64,000 nucleotides of DNA. It comes from TPA_inf: Saccharomyces. Its lineage: Eukaryota. Of this stretch, positions 10,721 to 22,080 are shown in pieces. The position numbers were made by a program, and so were the translations under genes. Every line of letters begins with the position of its first letter. Position 1 is the first letter of the stretch. The notes beneath the pieces were generated by a model, which was given only the letters and a program-made list of their open reading frames with translations, was not told where the DNA came from and did not search any database. The stretch covers positions 192,001 to 256,000 of the forward strand of contig BK006941.2 of the NCBI GenBank assembly GCA_000146045.2, read 5' to 3'.

Positions 10721-11833
10721 ATGAACAATTCCATAATTACTGATGATGAGGTTAGAGAGTTTTACTTAAACTGCTCTTCTCAAACAATTATTGAATCTCT
10801 TCTCAGCTTGCACGAGTCATTGAGATTATATTCTCAAAACCATGAGATACTGCTCAATAGGATGTTCAAAAAATTGGATGAAACCAATGCAGACTCTAAC
10901 ATATCCCATATATTCATGCCTGTTGTGAGCAAGGATTTTTCAGGAATAAAAATTCTTGTGAATAACAACAACAAAAATTTTCAAGGTGTGATAAATGTTA
11001 TTGAGCCTGAAACAGGAAAATTAATCGGATGTTTTGAGGCTAAACAAATTACCGCTATAAGAACTGCCCTTGCATCGTGTATCGGTTTATATAAGCAACT
11101 CTCATGTTCCCATGATAAGTTGTTTAGATTTGAAAATGGCACTTGCTATTTAACATGTTTTGGTACCGGTCTCCAAGCATTTTGGCACATATACATAGCT
11201 ATTAAACTAATCATGTCAGGGATTGTTGGCGAATCTTTGAAGTTAGTTGAAATAAACATACTATATCACAATAACATGATGAGTTTGGATCGTTTGAAAT
11301 CATTGAAAAACTTATTTGGAAGTAATATAAAGATAGAGCTTAATCAGTATCAAATAAACGACATCAGTTCAGAAGGTAATGGCGCTGTTTCTAACAGTGA
11401 TATTATCTTTGGTTGTCTACCTACTCTAGAGCCCAACTTGTTTTTGAGGCAGTTGCTAAACAGTAAAGCTTCTGTGGAGCAGAAACATACTTATATCTCA
11501 TTAATTGGAAGTTACAAACCAGTGATGCACGAATGCGATAAGGAGTTGATTGATAAGTTCAAATCTGATAATGAAAGCGCTTGCATTTTGGTAGATTCAA
11601 GGGAACATACTTTATTGGAATCTGGAGAATTAATCGATTCCAATATCGCTCCACATAATCTCATCGAAATTGGTGAATTAGATACTTTGAAAAACACAGT
11701 TTTGAATTTGAACGAAAAGGGCTGCAAAAGAACTATCACCTTGTGTAAAATTGTTGGTCTAGCGGTTATGGACGTGGCGCTTGCTAAGGAATTCTTAAGC
11801 TTGAGAACAAAAAACACAGAAAACAAGGAATAA
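10721..11833 (+). CDS. YGL159W: YGL159W, an ornithine-cyclodeaminase / mu-crystallin-family protein of unknown function (370 aa)
   Basis: The ORF is 370 aa and has a Rossmann-like stretch (GTGLQAFWHIYIA). Position and length match YGL159W. Confidence 0.8.
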   Translation: MNNSIITDDEVREFYLNCSSQTIIESLLSLHESLRLYSQNHEILLNRMFKKLDETNADSNISHIFMPVVSKDFSGIKILVNNNNKNFQGVINVIEPETGKLIGCFEAKQITAIRTALASCIGLYKQLSCSHDKLFRFENGTCYLTCFGTGLQAFWHIYIAIKLIMSGIVGESLKLVEINILYHNNMMSLDRLKSLKNLFGSNIKIELNQYQINDISSEGNGAVSNSDIIFGCLPTLEPNLFLRQLLNSKASVEQKHTYISLIGSYKPVMHECDKELIDKFKSDNESACILVDSREHTLLESGELIDSNIAPHNLIEIGELDTLKNTVLNLNEKGCKRTITLCKIVGLAVMDVALAKEFLSLRTKNTENKE

Positions 11834-11973
11834 ATTGCATCTTGGCTTCTAGTTTTTTTATATTCAAAAGGGTTCTTAAGTGTTTTTAAATATGATACTT
11901 TTTTTAATATCTTACGATCCGGAAGAGATTTTTGATGTTTACATATGAGCAGTTTGATAGAAATTTTGCAATT

Positions 11974-11984
11974 TTTTATATTTA
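11974..11984 (+). other. Perfect 11/11 match to the ARS consensus sequence (WTTTAYRTTTW): TTTTATATTTA. A candidate replication origin core.
   Basis: TTTTATATTTA sits in an AT-rich, gene-free interval next to a tRNA gene. B-elements and ORC binding cannot be judged from sequence alone. Confidence 0.25.
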
Positions 11985-13520
11985 TTAAAAGAATAAAAGT
12001 AAAGTGCAGAAAGAAAACAACATCATAAAATATGAAAGAAAAAAAAAGGCAATGTTAGTGTTATGAAGGGAGAAACAATTACCGTATACTGTTTGCAGGT
12101 GTCTATCCTCCACGGTATAGCACGTTAGGACCATTTATTCGCGCTACGGATATAGAGTTTAAAATGACTTAATTACATGAATAATACCATAATTCTTATA
12201 ACCGTCATCAATCTAACGAAAGCTAGGAGCAATTTTCAACATGTATTTCAAGAAATTAGCAATAGAAAAAGAATTGAACAGATATGAAGATTTTTGCCAT
12301 ATTTTAAAGAGAGGCTGGTGACTTTTCTCTGTCGATCTGTGCATAGCCAATATTAAAGTTATTTTTCATTAACGCGCATATGGAAAATAGACAAATGTCA
12401 TAGGGTTATAGTTCTTAGATTTACTATTCTCTATTTGATGTCGGCGAAACAATGTTCCTGTTTTTTAACCATATTTATGTTCCACCTCGATAGCCGCTGA
12501 TTATTAAAAAGATGTAGGCTTGTATGGAAATTTTCGAGACTCCATTTTTGGACGAAAGCAATGAAAATTATATACAGAATATTCCAGAAGATCACCTCAA
12601 AAATCCAAAAATATGATCAGTGATTTAACAAGAAAACCGAAGATTTCTATTGTTCCTTCGAAATTTTTTCAGTTTTATGTTCAATCTCTATGTTTTTCTT
12701 AAAATGATAAAAGGTCGTCCAGCTTGGTGAAGCTTACATTTAAATTAAATAAATTGGTGTGACTGAATAGAATAGCGTCCTTAATAACTAGAGATTACAT
12801 TGTAGATGAATAACAACTAATTAATTCAAAAAAAGTAATCGTTAACTATTTCCGGAAGAAACAAAGGCTCATTATCAAATTTGATGATCACAACCAATGT
12901 GTATTTAAATAAAGGCCAATATCTCACGGTCTGTTGAATCTAAACTAACTATTGAAATATTCATTTGTTCAGAAAAAAAGATCATTAATATTACATGTAC
13001 TGATATGCTAACAATCCAAAAATGCTTATACTACATATTGTTGTACACCATGGGTACCGTTAAATGACAGTGTAAACAATTGCAGAAGGAAATGTTACAC
13101 TAGCGGTTAAACAATACTGAATTAAAGATTTTTTAGTTGAATATGATATGACAGTTATATACGTGAGCAATATAAGTCCCCACATTGAGTGTATGATAAC
13201 TACCGGAATTACTATCATATTGTTCGTAAGCAATAATAAATCAATTAGTGTGGGTGTTTTATACCTCTCTCATATGAGTATATAAAGATCCTTATTTAAT
13301 TTTGATTATACTATCTTCTAGCCTTCAATTATCGACATCGCTCACTTGAGCAGTTCATCTAAGAAAAAAAGAACTATAGCTAAATAACCCAGTATTATTT
13401 GTTTCGCTGTAGGTTGTTGCACAAGGGTTTCTTCTGTGAACATTTTGAATTGTACGCTTAAGATGATAATACCTAACTGATTCCAACCTATATTAGTAGA
13501 ACCGAAACATACAAATAAGT

Positions 13521-13634
13521 GGTTGTTTGGCCGAGCGGTCTAAGGCGCCTGATTCAAGCAATATCTTGACCGCAGTTAACTGTGGGAATACTCAGGTATC
13601 GTAAGATGCAAGAGTTCGAATCTCTTAGCAACCA
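13521..13634 (+). tRNA. tL(CAA)G1: tRNA-Leu(CAA) with a 32-nt intron (exons 13521..13558 and 13591..13634; intron 13559..13590). The S288C tL(CAA)G-type gene.
   Basis: The sequence GGTTGTTTGGCCGAGCGGTCTAAGGCGCCTGATTCAAG[caatatcttgaccgcagttaactgtgggaata]CTCAGGTATCGTAAGATGCAAGAGTTCGAATCTCTTAGCAACCA shows the tRNA. The A-box is GGCCGAGCGG and the B-box is GTTCGAATC (13613..13621). The anticodon CAA is followed by the intron one nucleotide 3' of it. A T6 Pol III terminator lies at 13638..13643. Confidence 0.95.
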
Positions 13635-15032
13635 TTATTTTTTATCTTTTTGGTTCTGTGATCAAGCTACCCGCGTTTGAAGCCGACTAAAGACGAGAAA
13701 AATTAGACCTTCATTTTTGCCTGTTTGCTGCATGTAAAAGAATGTTGGTTGAACATGTCGTTTAAGAGAAGAAATCGGGTACGGCGCTCTGGCTTTTAAA
13801 ATTGAAGAAATTGGTGTTCTTCCGGTTAATACTTTGAACTCGGCTTTTCTTAACATGTAATAAAGTTTGTTACATCTCCCATAATTAAGTTTCTGGAACA
13901 CGCATTGTTCTATTTTTAGACGGGAGACCAGAACTTCCTGATATATGACCGCTTTTTAGTGACTACGTATACTTTCTTTCTGCAATTACGTGTAAGAAAA
14001 AATTGATTTTTTATTTTTAAATTCACGGAATTTCAGACTGTGAAAACTTTGTAGTTCCAACTCACTTTGCTATGCAAGAAAATAATGAGGGGAAACAAAA
14101 AAAAAATGAGAGCGGAGAAAAGAACAATGCAGCTCAAGTATGAAGAAGAAAGTCACAGCAACGGAAATAAAAATCAAAATTGCGAAAATTGACAATCTTG
14201 ACAATCGAAGCGGAAAAACAATGGAAGGTCCAGATACCTGTTGACCTTAAAAATGCAGAAAAATCGCCTTTATACGGCGACATTGTGAAAAATGACGTTA
14301 AAATCTTGTACATAAAAAAAGGGAATTACAAACTTGTAGTGTTTTTTTTTTTTAGGGGACTTGCATGAAAGTTAAATTTTATAGAAGTAATTAAATAGTC
14401 GATTTCCTTTCCTGTGTGTGACGAATCTAGATTTTTTTCATGTAAGAGACCCCGCCCTGCGGAGAGGGGCAAACAATTCTAGCAGAAAAAAATCAGTGGA
14501 AAAAAAAAAGAAATTCCGGATATGATAGAATATTTCTTCGAGAAACCTTTTGGATGAGGAGTGCCCTTCCATGAAGAAATTCTTCCTGCATCAGCACCTT
14601 CCCGGCAAGGCATTTCATTTTTTTTTTCCGAGAAGAAGATTTTTAAGTGGGCTACCCCACGCTTTCGGTGCCTATGGTAGCTGCATGATCACACAATGCA
14701 CTCCCATTAAGAGTTTGTGAAGTGCATGAGATTGACATCTCGGCGTCCCTTAGTTTCCTGTCGGATTTTCAGTTATATGGAGTGGGTGAAGTCATTATCC
14801 GAATATTCGCGGATCATTGACGTATAAATACTTCATACTACTTCATACCAGATATTTCCTACATGTTGAAAGTCAATTGAAAAAAATAAATCATCACTTA
14901 ACTCTTTTCCAGTGACACATCGCAAAGATTACTCAAATAATCTTCCTAAAACAATACTACCAGCATCTATTTCATGCAGCACCAAGCACAGAGGCTACAT
15001 ATCATATAAAATAAGTCATCATAGAGAAAAAA

Positions 15033-16571
15033 ATGTCAGTAAACCCAGAATTTATAGCCGATGGCATCGATTTTTATCCAACAACGCCCGATGCCGCGTA
15101 TTTCAATGCCGCTGATGGTAAAAATAAAGTTAACAGGATAAATGGTAACTCAGAAAATTTACACCACTCCTTTGCATCGGGTTGCCGTAGATCATCTCTT
15201 TCAGTCGACTTTAATGTTACCTCGTCCGATTCAGAAAAAAGTGAACAGAGCTGCTTGGAAAACAACTCTCAAGAAGACGAATATTTTTGTGACATTTTTT
15301 CCACTGAATTAAAATTAGATGAAACTTCTAACAAGTCAACCGATTATTCCAGTTCAAATCACCAGTATCCTGAACAACTGGAGTTGCACAATTATAAACT
15401 GCTCAATAAAATTGGTGAAGGGGCATTTTCCAGAGTATTTAAAGCAGTAGGCATCAACACGGATGACCAAGCTCCTGTTGCCATCAAAGCAATCATAAAG
15501 AAAGGCATTTCGAGCGATGCCATCTTAAAAGGGAATGATAGAATCCAAGGTTCCAGCAGAAAGAAAGTCTTAAACGAAGTTGCCATCCACAAACTGGTTT
15601 CGAAAAATAATCCGCATTGTACAAAATTTATCGCATTCCAGGAATCGGCGAACTACTATTACTTAGTGACGGAGTTAGTCACAGGTGGGGAAATATTTGA
15701 TAGGATCGTCCAACTAACATGCTTTAGTGAAGACTTAGCTCGTCATGTCATTACTCAGGTAGCAATTGCAATTAAACATATGCACTACATGGGTATTGTG
15801 CATCGTGATGTCAAACCAGAAAACCTACTATTTGAACCTATCCCATTTTATGGCCTTGATGGGGACATGCAAAAAGAAGACGAGTTTACATTAGGTGTCG
15901 GCGGAGGCGGTATTGGTTTAGTGAAGCTAATGGACTTCGGACTAGCCAAGAAACTTCGGAACAATACCGCAAAAACTCCCTGCGGAACGATAGAATACGT
16001 CGCATCAGAAGTATTCACCTCCAAACGATATTCCATGAAAGTTGATATGTGGAGTATTGGCTGCGTACTATTCACGTTATTGTGTGGATATCCTCCGTTT
16101 TACGAAAAGAACGAAAAAACATTATTGAAGAAAATATCGAGAGGAGATTACGAATTCTTGGCGCCATGGTGGGACAACATAAGTTCTGGCGCTAAGAACG
16201 CAGTTACCCATCTTTTGGAGGTTGACCCAAACAAGAGATACGATATCGATGACTTCCTAAATGATCCTTGGTTAAATTCGTACGATTGTTTGAAGGATTC
16301 AAACTCAAATTCTTATGCCAGCGTGCAAAGCATACTAAATGATTCATTCGATGAGAGAGCAGAGACCCTACATTGTGCATTAAGCTGCCAATCTGAAAAA
16401 CAAGATGACACCGAGTTTTCCAGAAGTGAAAGCTCGGAATACATATTTATGACGGAAGAAGACAGAAACCTACGGGGCAGTTGGATCGGTGAGCCAAAAG
16501 AGTGTTTTACCTTAGACCTTGCAACATCTTCTATATACCGAAGAAGGAAGAACAAGATATTCTTCTGGTAA
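15033..16571 (+). CDS. RCK1: RCK1, a CaMK-family Ser/Thr protein kinase and Hog1 target involved in oxidative stress and meiosis (512 aa)
   Basis: The ORF is 512 aa. Kinase motifs are GEGAFSRV (Gly-loop), [12 protein letters not shown] (catalytic loop), DFG and [12 protein letters not shown] (activation loop/APE). Confidence 0.9.
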
Positions 16572-17005
16572 ACTCTTATCCAGTGGAAAACGCACCCAGC
16601 ATATTCGAAAATATATCAACTGTCTCCCCTTTTTATACTAATAATTAATAGCATTCATATTGAAATAATAAAAAAGATACGTTTAATATTTACGCCAGCT
16701 CTCTAGTTACAGTTTCCTAACGCATACGTCATCAATTTGTTAAGATCGGCTTCGCTCTATAAAAATGTCGGCCGAAATTAGCATAGGATTTTCCGCGGTT
16801 CCGACCCCTATCCTAGAAACACGGAAAAACTTGCGAATAATTCCGGAATTTATTCTATGCAACTTTATGAAGACAAATTACTATAAATGAACCGCTCATT
16901 CAGAAAAACTATGTCTCGAGCTCAATGGATCTTACTACATAGTTTATAAAAACAGTAATTGTGCATTGTACAACTGTGCTAAACAGACTTAAAAAAGTAA
17001 TAATT

Positions 17006-18049
17006 ATGACTACTGATACCACTGTTTTCGTTTCTGGCGCAACCGGTTTCATTGCTCTACACATTATGAACGATCTGTTGAAAGCTGGCTATACAGTCAT
17101 CGGCTCAGGTAGATCTCAAGAAAAAAATGATGGCTTGCTCAAAAAATTTAATAACAATCCCAAACTATCGATGGAAATTGTGGAAGATATTGCTGCTCCA
17201 AACGCCTTTGATGAAGTTTTCAAAAAACATGGTAAGGAAATTAAGATTGTGCTACACACTGCCTCCCCATTCCATTTTGAAACTACCAATTTTGAAAAGG
17301 ATTTACTAACCCCTGCAGTGAACGGTACAAAATCTATCTTGGAAGCGATTAAAAAATATGCTGCAGACACTGTTGAAAAAGTTATTGTTACTTCGTCTAC
17401 TGCTGCTCTGGTGACACCTACAGACATGAACAAAGGAGATTTGGTGATCACGGAGGAGAGTTGGAATAAGGATACATGGGACAGTTGTCAAGCCAACGCC
17501 GTTGCCGCATATTGTGGCTCGAAAAAGTTTGCTGAAAAAACTGCTTGGGAATTTCTTAAAGAAAACAAGTCTAGTGTCAAATTCACACTATCCACTATCA
17601 ATCCGGGATTCGTTTTTGGTCCTCAAATGTTTGCAGATTCGCTAAAACATGGCATAAATACCTCCTCAGGGATCGTATCTGAGTTAATTCATTCCAAGGT
17701 AGGTGGAGAATTTTATAATTACTGTGGCCCATTTATTGACGTGCGTGACGTTTCTAAAGCCCACCTAGTTGCAATTGAAAAACCAGAATGTACCGGCCAA
17801 AGATTAGTATTGAGTGAAGGTTTATTCTGCTGTCAAGAAATCGTTGACATCTTGAACGAGGAATTCCCTCAATTAAAGGGCAAGATAGCTACAGGTGAAC
17901 CTGCGACCGGTCCAAGCTTTTTAGAAAAAAACTCTTGCAAGTTTGACAATTCTAAGACAAAAAAACTACTGGGATTCCAGTTTTACAATTTAAAGGATTG
18001 CATAGTTGACACCGCGGCGCAAATGTTAGAAGTTCAAAATGAAGCCTAA
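17006..18049 (+). CDS. ARI1: ARI1, an NADPH-dependent aldehyde reductase of the SDR/ketoreductase family (GRE2-like) (347 aa)
   Basis: The ORF track gives 16961..18049 (362 aa). The annotated start is the internal Met [19 protein letters not shown] at 17006, which gives 347 aa. The NAD(P)-binding motif GATGFIA and the catalytic YxxxK (YCGSK) are present. Confidence 0.85.
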
Positions 18050-18415
18050 GTATCACGCTAATTGAAGTTTTTTTTGATCACTCCAATAGGCAAATCTATA
18101 GATATATAAAAAATATAGACAAGACTTTTTTTTACATTGCCAGTTTTCTTTTTTCCTTTTTAGTATCTATTCAAATGGGCGACCCTATTGTCTAATTTCA
18201 TTAGCTTCATCACAAAAAGTGCCACGAATTCATATAGCGCGAGGGTAATCCCTACCCTAACTCGTTTAAGGGAGACATAGAATGAACTCCGCCATCATGT
18301 GCTCAAGACTAGACGAAGCTATATTAGAAGGACAGGAGGAGGTTTTATTTTAACCAGTTACTTCATTTCTAATATAGAGATTAAGGCTGCAAAAGAGTTT
18401 CAAAAATAATTAATT

Positions 18416-21400
18416 ATGTCATCTGAGGATATCATTTATGATCCTCAGTTCAAACCTGTTCAGGGAATCTACGAGAATAGATTAAGACAATTTATTGATA
18501 CTGGTGGGGATTACCATGACTTAAATTTACCCAAGTTTTATGATAAGAAGCGCATTTCATTAGATCATGATCACGTTAAGGTTTGGTGGTACCAGGTTTC
18601 TTTTGAACGTGGATCTTCCCCTGTTTCCCCTGATAAGAGGCCATCTTGGAAATCTATTATTGAACGTGACAAGAAGGGTGAATTGGAGTTTAGAGAAGCG
18701 AACATAAATCAGCCCTTTGGACCCAGTTGGTCTACCACTTGGTTCAAGGTGAAAATCTCTTTGCCTGAAGATTGGGTTAAATCAAACGAGCAACTACTTT
18801 TCCAATGGGATTGTTCTAACGAAGGAATTGTCATAGACCCAAAGACTCTAATCCCTGTGACTGCTTTTTCAGGTGGTGAAAGGACTGAATATGTTTTACC
18901 GAAAACATCGGATGGGAAACATTTCTTTTACATCGAAGCTGGTAATAATGGTATGTTTGGCTGCGGTGCAGGATCCACTATAAATCCACCAGATGATAAT
19001 AGATTTTTTCATTTGAGAAAAGCTGATATCGTTTGGCCCGATCTAGATGCTCGTGCATTGTATATCGATTTTTGGATGCTAGGGGATGCTGCAAGAGAGC
19101 TACCTGGAGACTCCTGGCAAAAACACCAGGCAAGACAACTAGGCAATGCAGTTATGAATCTTTTTGACCCGAATGATCGTTCAAGTGTTCGTAAATGTCG
19201 TGAATTACTACAAAGGGAATACTTTGACTCCTTTTTAGAAAGCAGTAAGGTTTACGAACAAGGTGAATCTCAAGTTTTAACAAATGTTTATGGTATCGGC
19301 AACTGTCATATAGATACAGCTTGGCTATGGCCATTCGCAGAAACAAGAAGGAAAATTGTGAGATCTTGGTCTTCCCAATGTACTTTAATGGATCGCTTCC
19401 CAGAGTATAAATTTGTTGCTTCACAAGCCCAACAATTTAAATGGTTATTAGAAGATCATCCCGAATTTTTCAATAAAGTGTTAATTCCAAAAATTCAGCA
19501 ATCTCAGTTTTTTGCTGTTGGTGGTACATGGGTTGAGAATGATACCAATATTCCCTCAGGGGAATCGCTGGCAAGGCAATTCTTTTTTGGTCAAAGGTTT
19601 TTCTTGAAGCATTTTGGTCTCAAGTCAAAGATATTTTGGTTACCTGACACCTTTGGTTATTCTTCGCAAATGCCACAACTTTGCCGCTTATCTGGTATTG
19701 ATAAATTTTTGACTCAAAAGCTTTCCTGGAATAACATCAACAGTTTTCCGCATAGCACGTTTAACTGGGCAGGGATTGACGGTTCTCAATTATTGACTCA
19801 CATGCCTCCTGGTAATACGTATACAGCAGATTCACACTTCGGTGATGTTTTGCGTACTGCCAAGCAGAATAAGACACCAGAATATTACGGCTCCGGTTTA
19901 ATGTTGTACGGAAAGGGTGATGGTGGTGGAGGACCAACTGAGGAAATGCTGCAAAAAATGAGGCGTATTAGATCCATGAATAACAGAAATGGTAATGTTA
20001 TTCCAAAGTTACAAGTTGGTATAACGGTTGATGAATTTTATGATGACATTTTGAAAAGGACTAACCAAGGCCATGATTTACCCACATGGAGTGGTGAATT
20101 GTATTTCGAATTTCATAGGGGGACATACACCAGTCAAGCTCAGACCAAAAAATTAATGAGGTTGTCCGAAATTAAACTACATGATTTGGAATGGATAGCT
20201 GCCAAAACATCAGTTTTATATCCCGATTCGTATAAATACCCTTCCAAACAGATTAACGAACTTTGGGAGAATGTTTTGTTATGTCAATTTCACGATGTTC
20301 TACCAGGATCATGTATTGAAATGGTATATAAGTATGAGGCTGTCCCTATGTTGCACAACGTTGTGAAAGAATGTACTTCCTTAATAGACAAAACCGTTCA
20401 ATTTCTTCAGAGTCAGAGTAAGGCAGATTTGGTTGAGATGAGAACATTAACTTGGTCAAAACCAGAAAAGGTTTCTGAGGAGTGCTCGTTGAACGGTAGT
20501 TACACGTCCTCTGTAACCGGGTACGATGACTATATAGTCCTTGCCAATGGGAAGTTGAAAGTTATCATTTGCAAAAAGACTGGGGTGATCACAAGCATTA
20601 CGGATGAAACTTTGGGGGTAGAATACCTGGACACGGAACATGGCAGAAACAAATTGGGCGCCAACCAGTTTGTTATTTATGATGATAAACCTTTGGGCTG
20701 GCAGGCTTGGGATACTGAACTTTATTCCGTCAACCAATACAAGTATGTAACAAAGCCGAAGAAAGTTCAAGTTTCCTGCAACACAAAAGAGAAATGTGCT
20801 GTTGAGGTCATTTTTCAAATTTCCGAAAAATGCAAAATCAAATCAGTGATATCACTCAATGCAACTGCGGTCACTGATGCTAAATTAAGTAAAGTAGACA
20901 TTTCTACGACGGTAGAAAACTGGGATGCTAGAAACAAATTTTTAAAAGTTGAATTTCCCGTTAATATTCGGAACGATTTTGCTTCGTATGAAACTCAATT
21001 CGGGATTACCAAAAGACCAACACATTATAATACCTCATGGGACGTCGCTAAATTTGAGGTTTGCCATCACAAATTTGCTGATTATTCTGAATACAGCAAG
21101 GGTGTTTCAATTTTGAACGATTGCAAATATGGGTTTTCCACACACGGTAACTTGATGAGATTATCATTATTAAGGTCACCAAAGGCTCCGGATGCGCATG
21201 CTGATATGGGTACTCATGAGATAAAATATGCTATCTATCCACATAGAGGAGCACTATCAAGCGACACTGTTAAGCTCGCTCACGAATTCAATTATTGCTT
21301 CAAATACAAACTCCCCAAAGATATTGGCATGAATTTTGATGACATCATAAGCATTTCCGGAGATGAGAATGTCATTTTGTCTAACATAAAAAGAGGCGAA

Positions 21401-21667
21401 GATGATAGTGCTGTCAAGTCCAACTATTCATTAAATCCAAGGGATGAACAAAGTATTGTGGTAAGGGTTTACGAATCTCTTGGCGGGGAATCTTTTGCTT
21501 CACTAAATACCACACTAAATTTGAAGCGTATTGAGAAGGTCGATAACTTGGAGATGAAAGTTTATAAGAGTTTGACAGCAACGCGAGACGAATCAAATCA
21601 TGCAATAAACAGAATTCCCATTAAATTGAGACCTTTTGAGATTGCCTCATTCAGGTTGTATTTCTGA
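18416..21667 (+). CDS. AMS1: AMS1, vacuolar alpha-mannosidase (GH38) (1083 aa)
   Basis: The ORF is 1083 aa. GH38 features include the HIDTAWLW motif. Length and synteny match YGL156W. Confidence 0.95.
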   Translation: MSSEDIIYDPQFKPVQGIYENRLRQFIDTGGDYHDLNLPKFYDKKRISLDHDHVKVWWYQVSFERGSSPVSPDKRPSWKSIIERDKKGELEFREANINQPFGPSWSTTWFKVKISLPEDWVKSNEQLLFQWDCSNEGIVIDPKTLIPVTAFSGGERTEYVLPKTSDGKHFFYIEAGNNGMFGCGAGSTINPPDDNRFFHLRKADIVWPDLDARALYIDFWMLGDAARELPGDSWQKHQARQLGNAVMNLFDPNDRSSVRKCRELLQREYFDSFLESSKVYEQGESQVLTNVYGIGNCHIDTAWLWPFAETRRKIVRSWSSQCTLMDRFPEYKFVASQAQQFKWLLEDHPEFFNKVLIPKIQQSQFFAVGGTWVENDTNIPSGESLARQFFFGQRFFLKHFGLKSKIFWLPDTFGYSSQMPQLCRLSGIDKFLTQKLSWNNINSFPHSTFNWAGIDGSQLLTHMPPGNTYTADSHFGDVLRTAKQNKTPEYYGSGLMLYGKGDGGGGPTEEMLQKMRRIRSMNNRNGNVIPKLQVGITVDEFYDDILKRTNQGHDLPTWSGELYFEFHRGTYTSQAQTKKLMRLSEIKLHDLEWIAAKTSVLYPDSYKYPSKQINELWENVLLCQFHDVLPGSCIEMVYKYEAVPMLHNVVKECTSLIDKTVQFLQSQSKADLVEMRTLTWSKPEKVSEECSLNGSYTSSVTGYDDYIVLANGKLKVIICKKTGVITSITDETLGVEYLDTEHGRNKLGANQFVIYDDKPLGWQAWDTELYSVNQYKYVTKPKKVQVSCNTKEKCAVEVIFQISEKCKIKSVISLNATAVTDAKLSKVDISTTVENWDARNKFLKVEFPVNIRNDFASYETQFGITKRPTHYNTSWDVAKFEVCHHKFADYSEYSKGVSILNDCKYGFSTHGNLMRLSLLRSPKAPDAHADMGTHEIKYAIYPHRGALSSDTVKLAHEFNYCFKYKLPKDIGMNFDDIISISGDENVILSNIKRGEDDSAVKSNYSLNPRDEQSIVVRVYESLGGESFASLNTTLNLKRIEKVDNLEMKVYKSLTATRDESNHAINRIPIKLRPFEIASFRLYF

Positions 21668-22080
21668 GTTTGTCTCCCTCACTGTTTTTTACATTCACTC
21701 ACTCCCAAACTTATGCCATTTCTATCATGATAACCAAAAATAGTCTTAACAAAATACATATAAGTAAATAATGCTAAATAAAAAAGCAAAAAAATAAAAT
21801 TTATATCACACTTGTAAAACCTTTAAATGATCTTCTTTTTTACCTGTTTTATTCACTTGTTTTTTTTTTTCTGAGTTGTTGCGCCTTGGAAGAATGGAAA
21901 AGCAATAGTTTCAGTGACTATAGTATACAATCAAAACACCCGCCAGTTCAAAACTATTACTTGGTCACTAACCCCCAAGTCATCTCTAGCAATTTAAATT
22001 TCAATTTTAAGAAAACCTTTATTTATCCAACGTGAACAAGTACTTTCAAGCACTTCTGCCCACCGCTATATCGTGGAAAA

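Noticed and set aside
13039-13442. ~400-bp segment beginning TGTTG and ending ...GTGAACA just upstream of the tRNA: a possible solo Ty LTR
   Set aside because: I could not match it to delta, sigma or tau sequences from memory. It has no flanking 5-bp target-site duplication, and its length does not fit a known LTR. It is reported only as a hypothesis in the findings.
13662-13901. 79-aa '-' ORF immediately downstream of the tRNA
   Set aside because: It overlaps the Pol III terminator region and has a basic, random-looking sequence. There is no support for coding.
14912-15115. 67-aa ORF overlapping the RCK1 start in another frame (possible uORF)
   Set aside because: It is in a different frame that runs into the RCK1 CDS, and its ATG lies ~120 nt upstream. 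Without TSS data nothing indicates it is translated.
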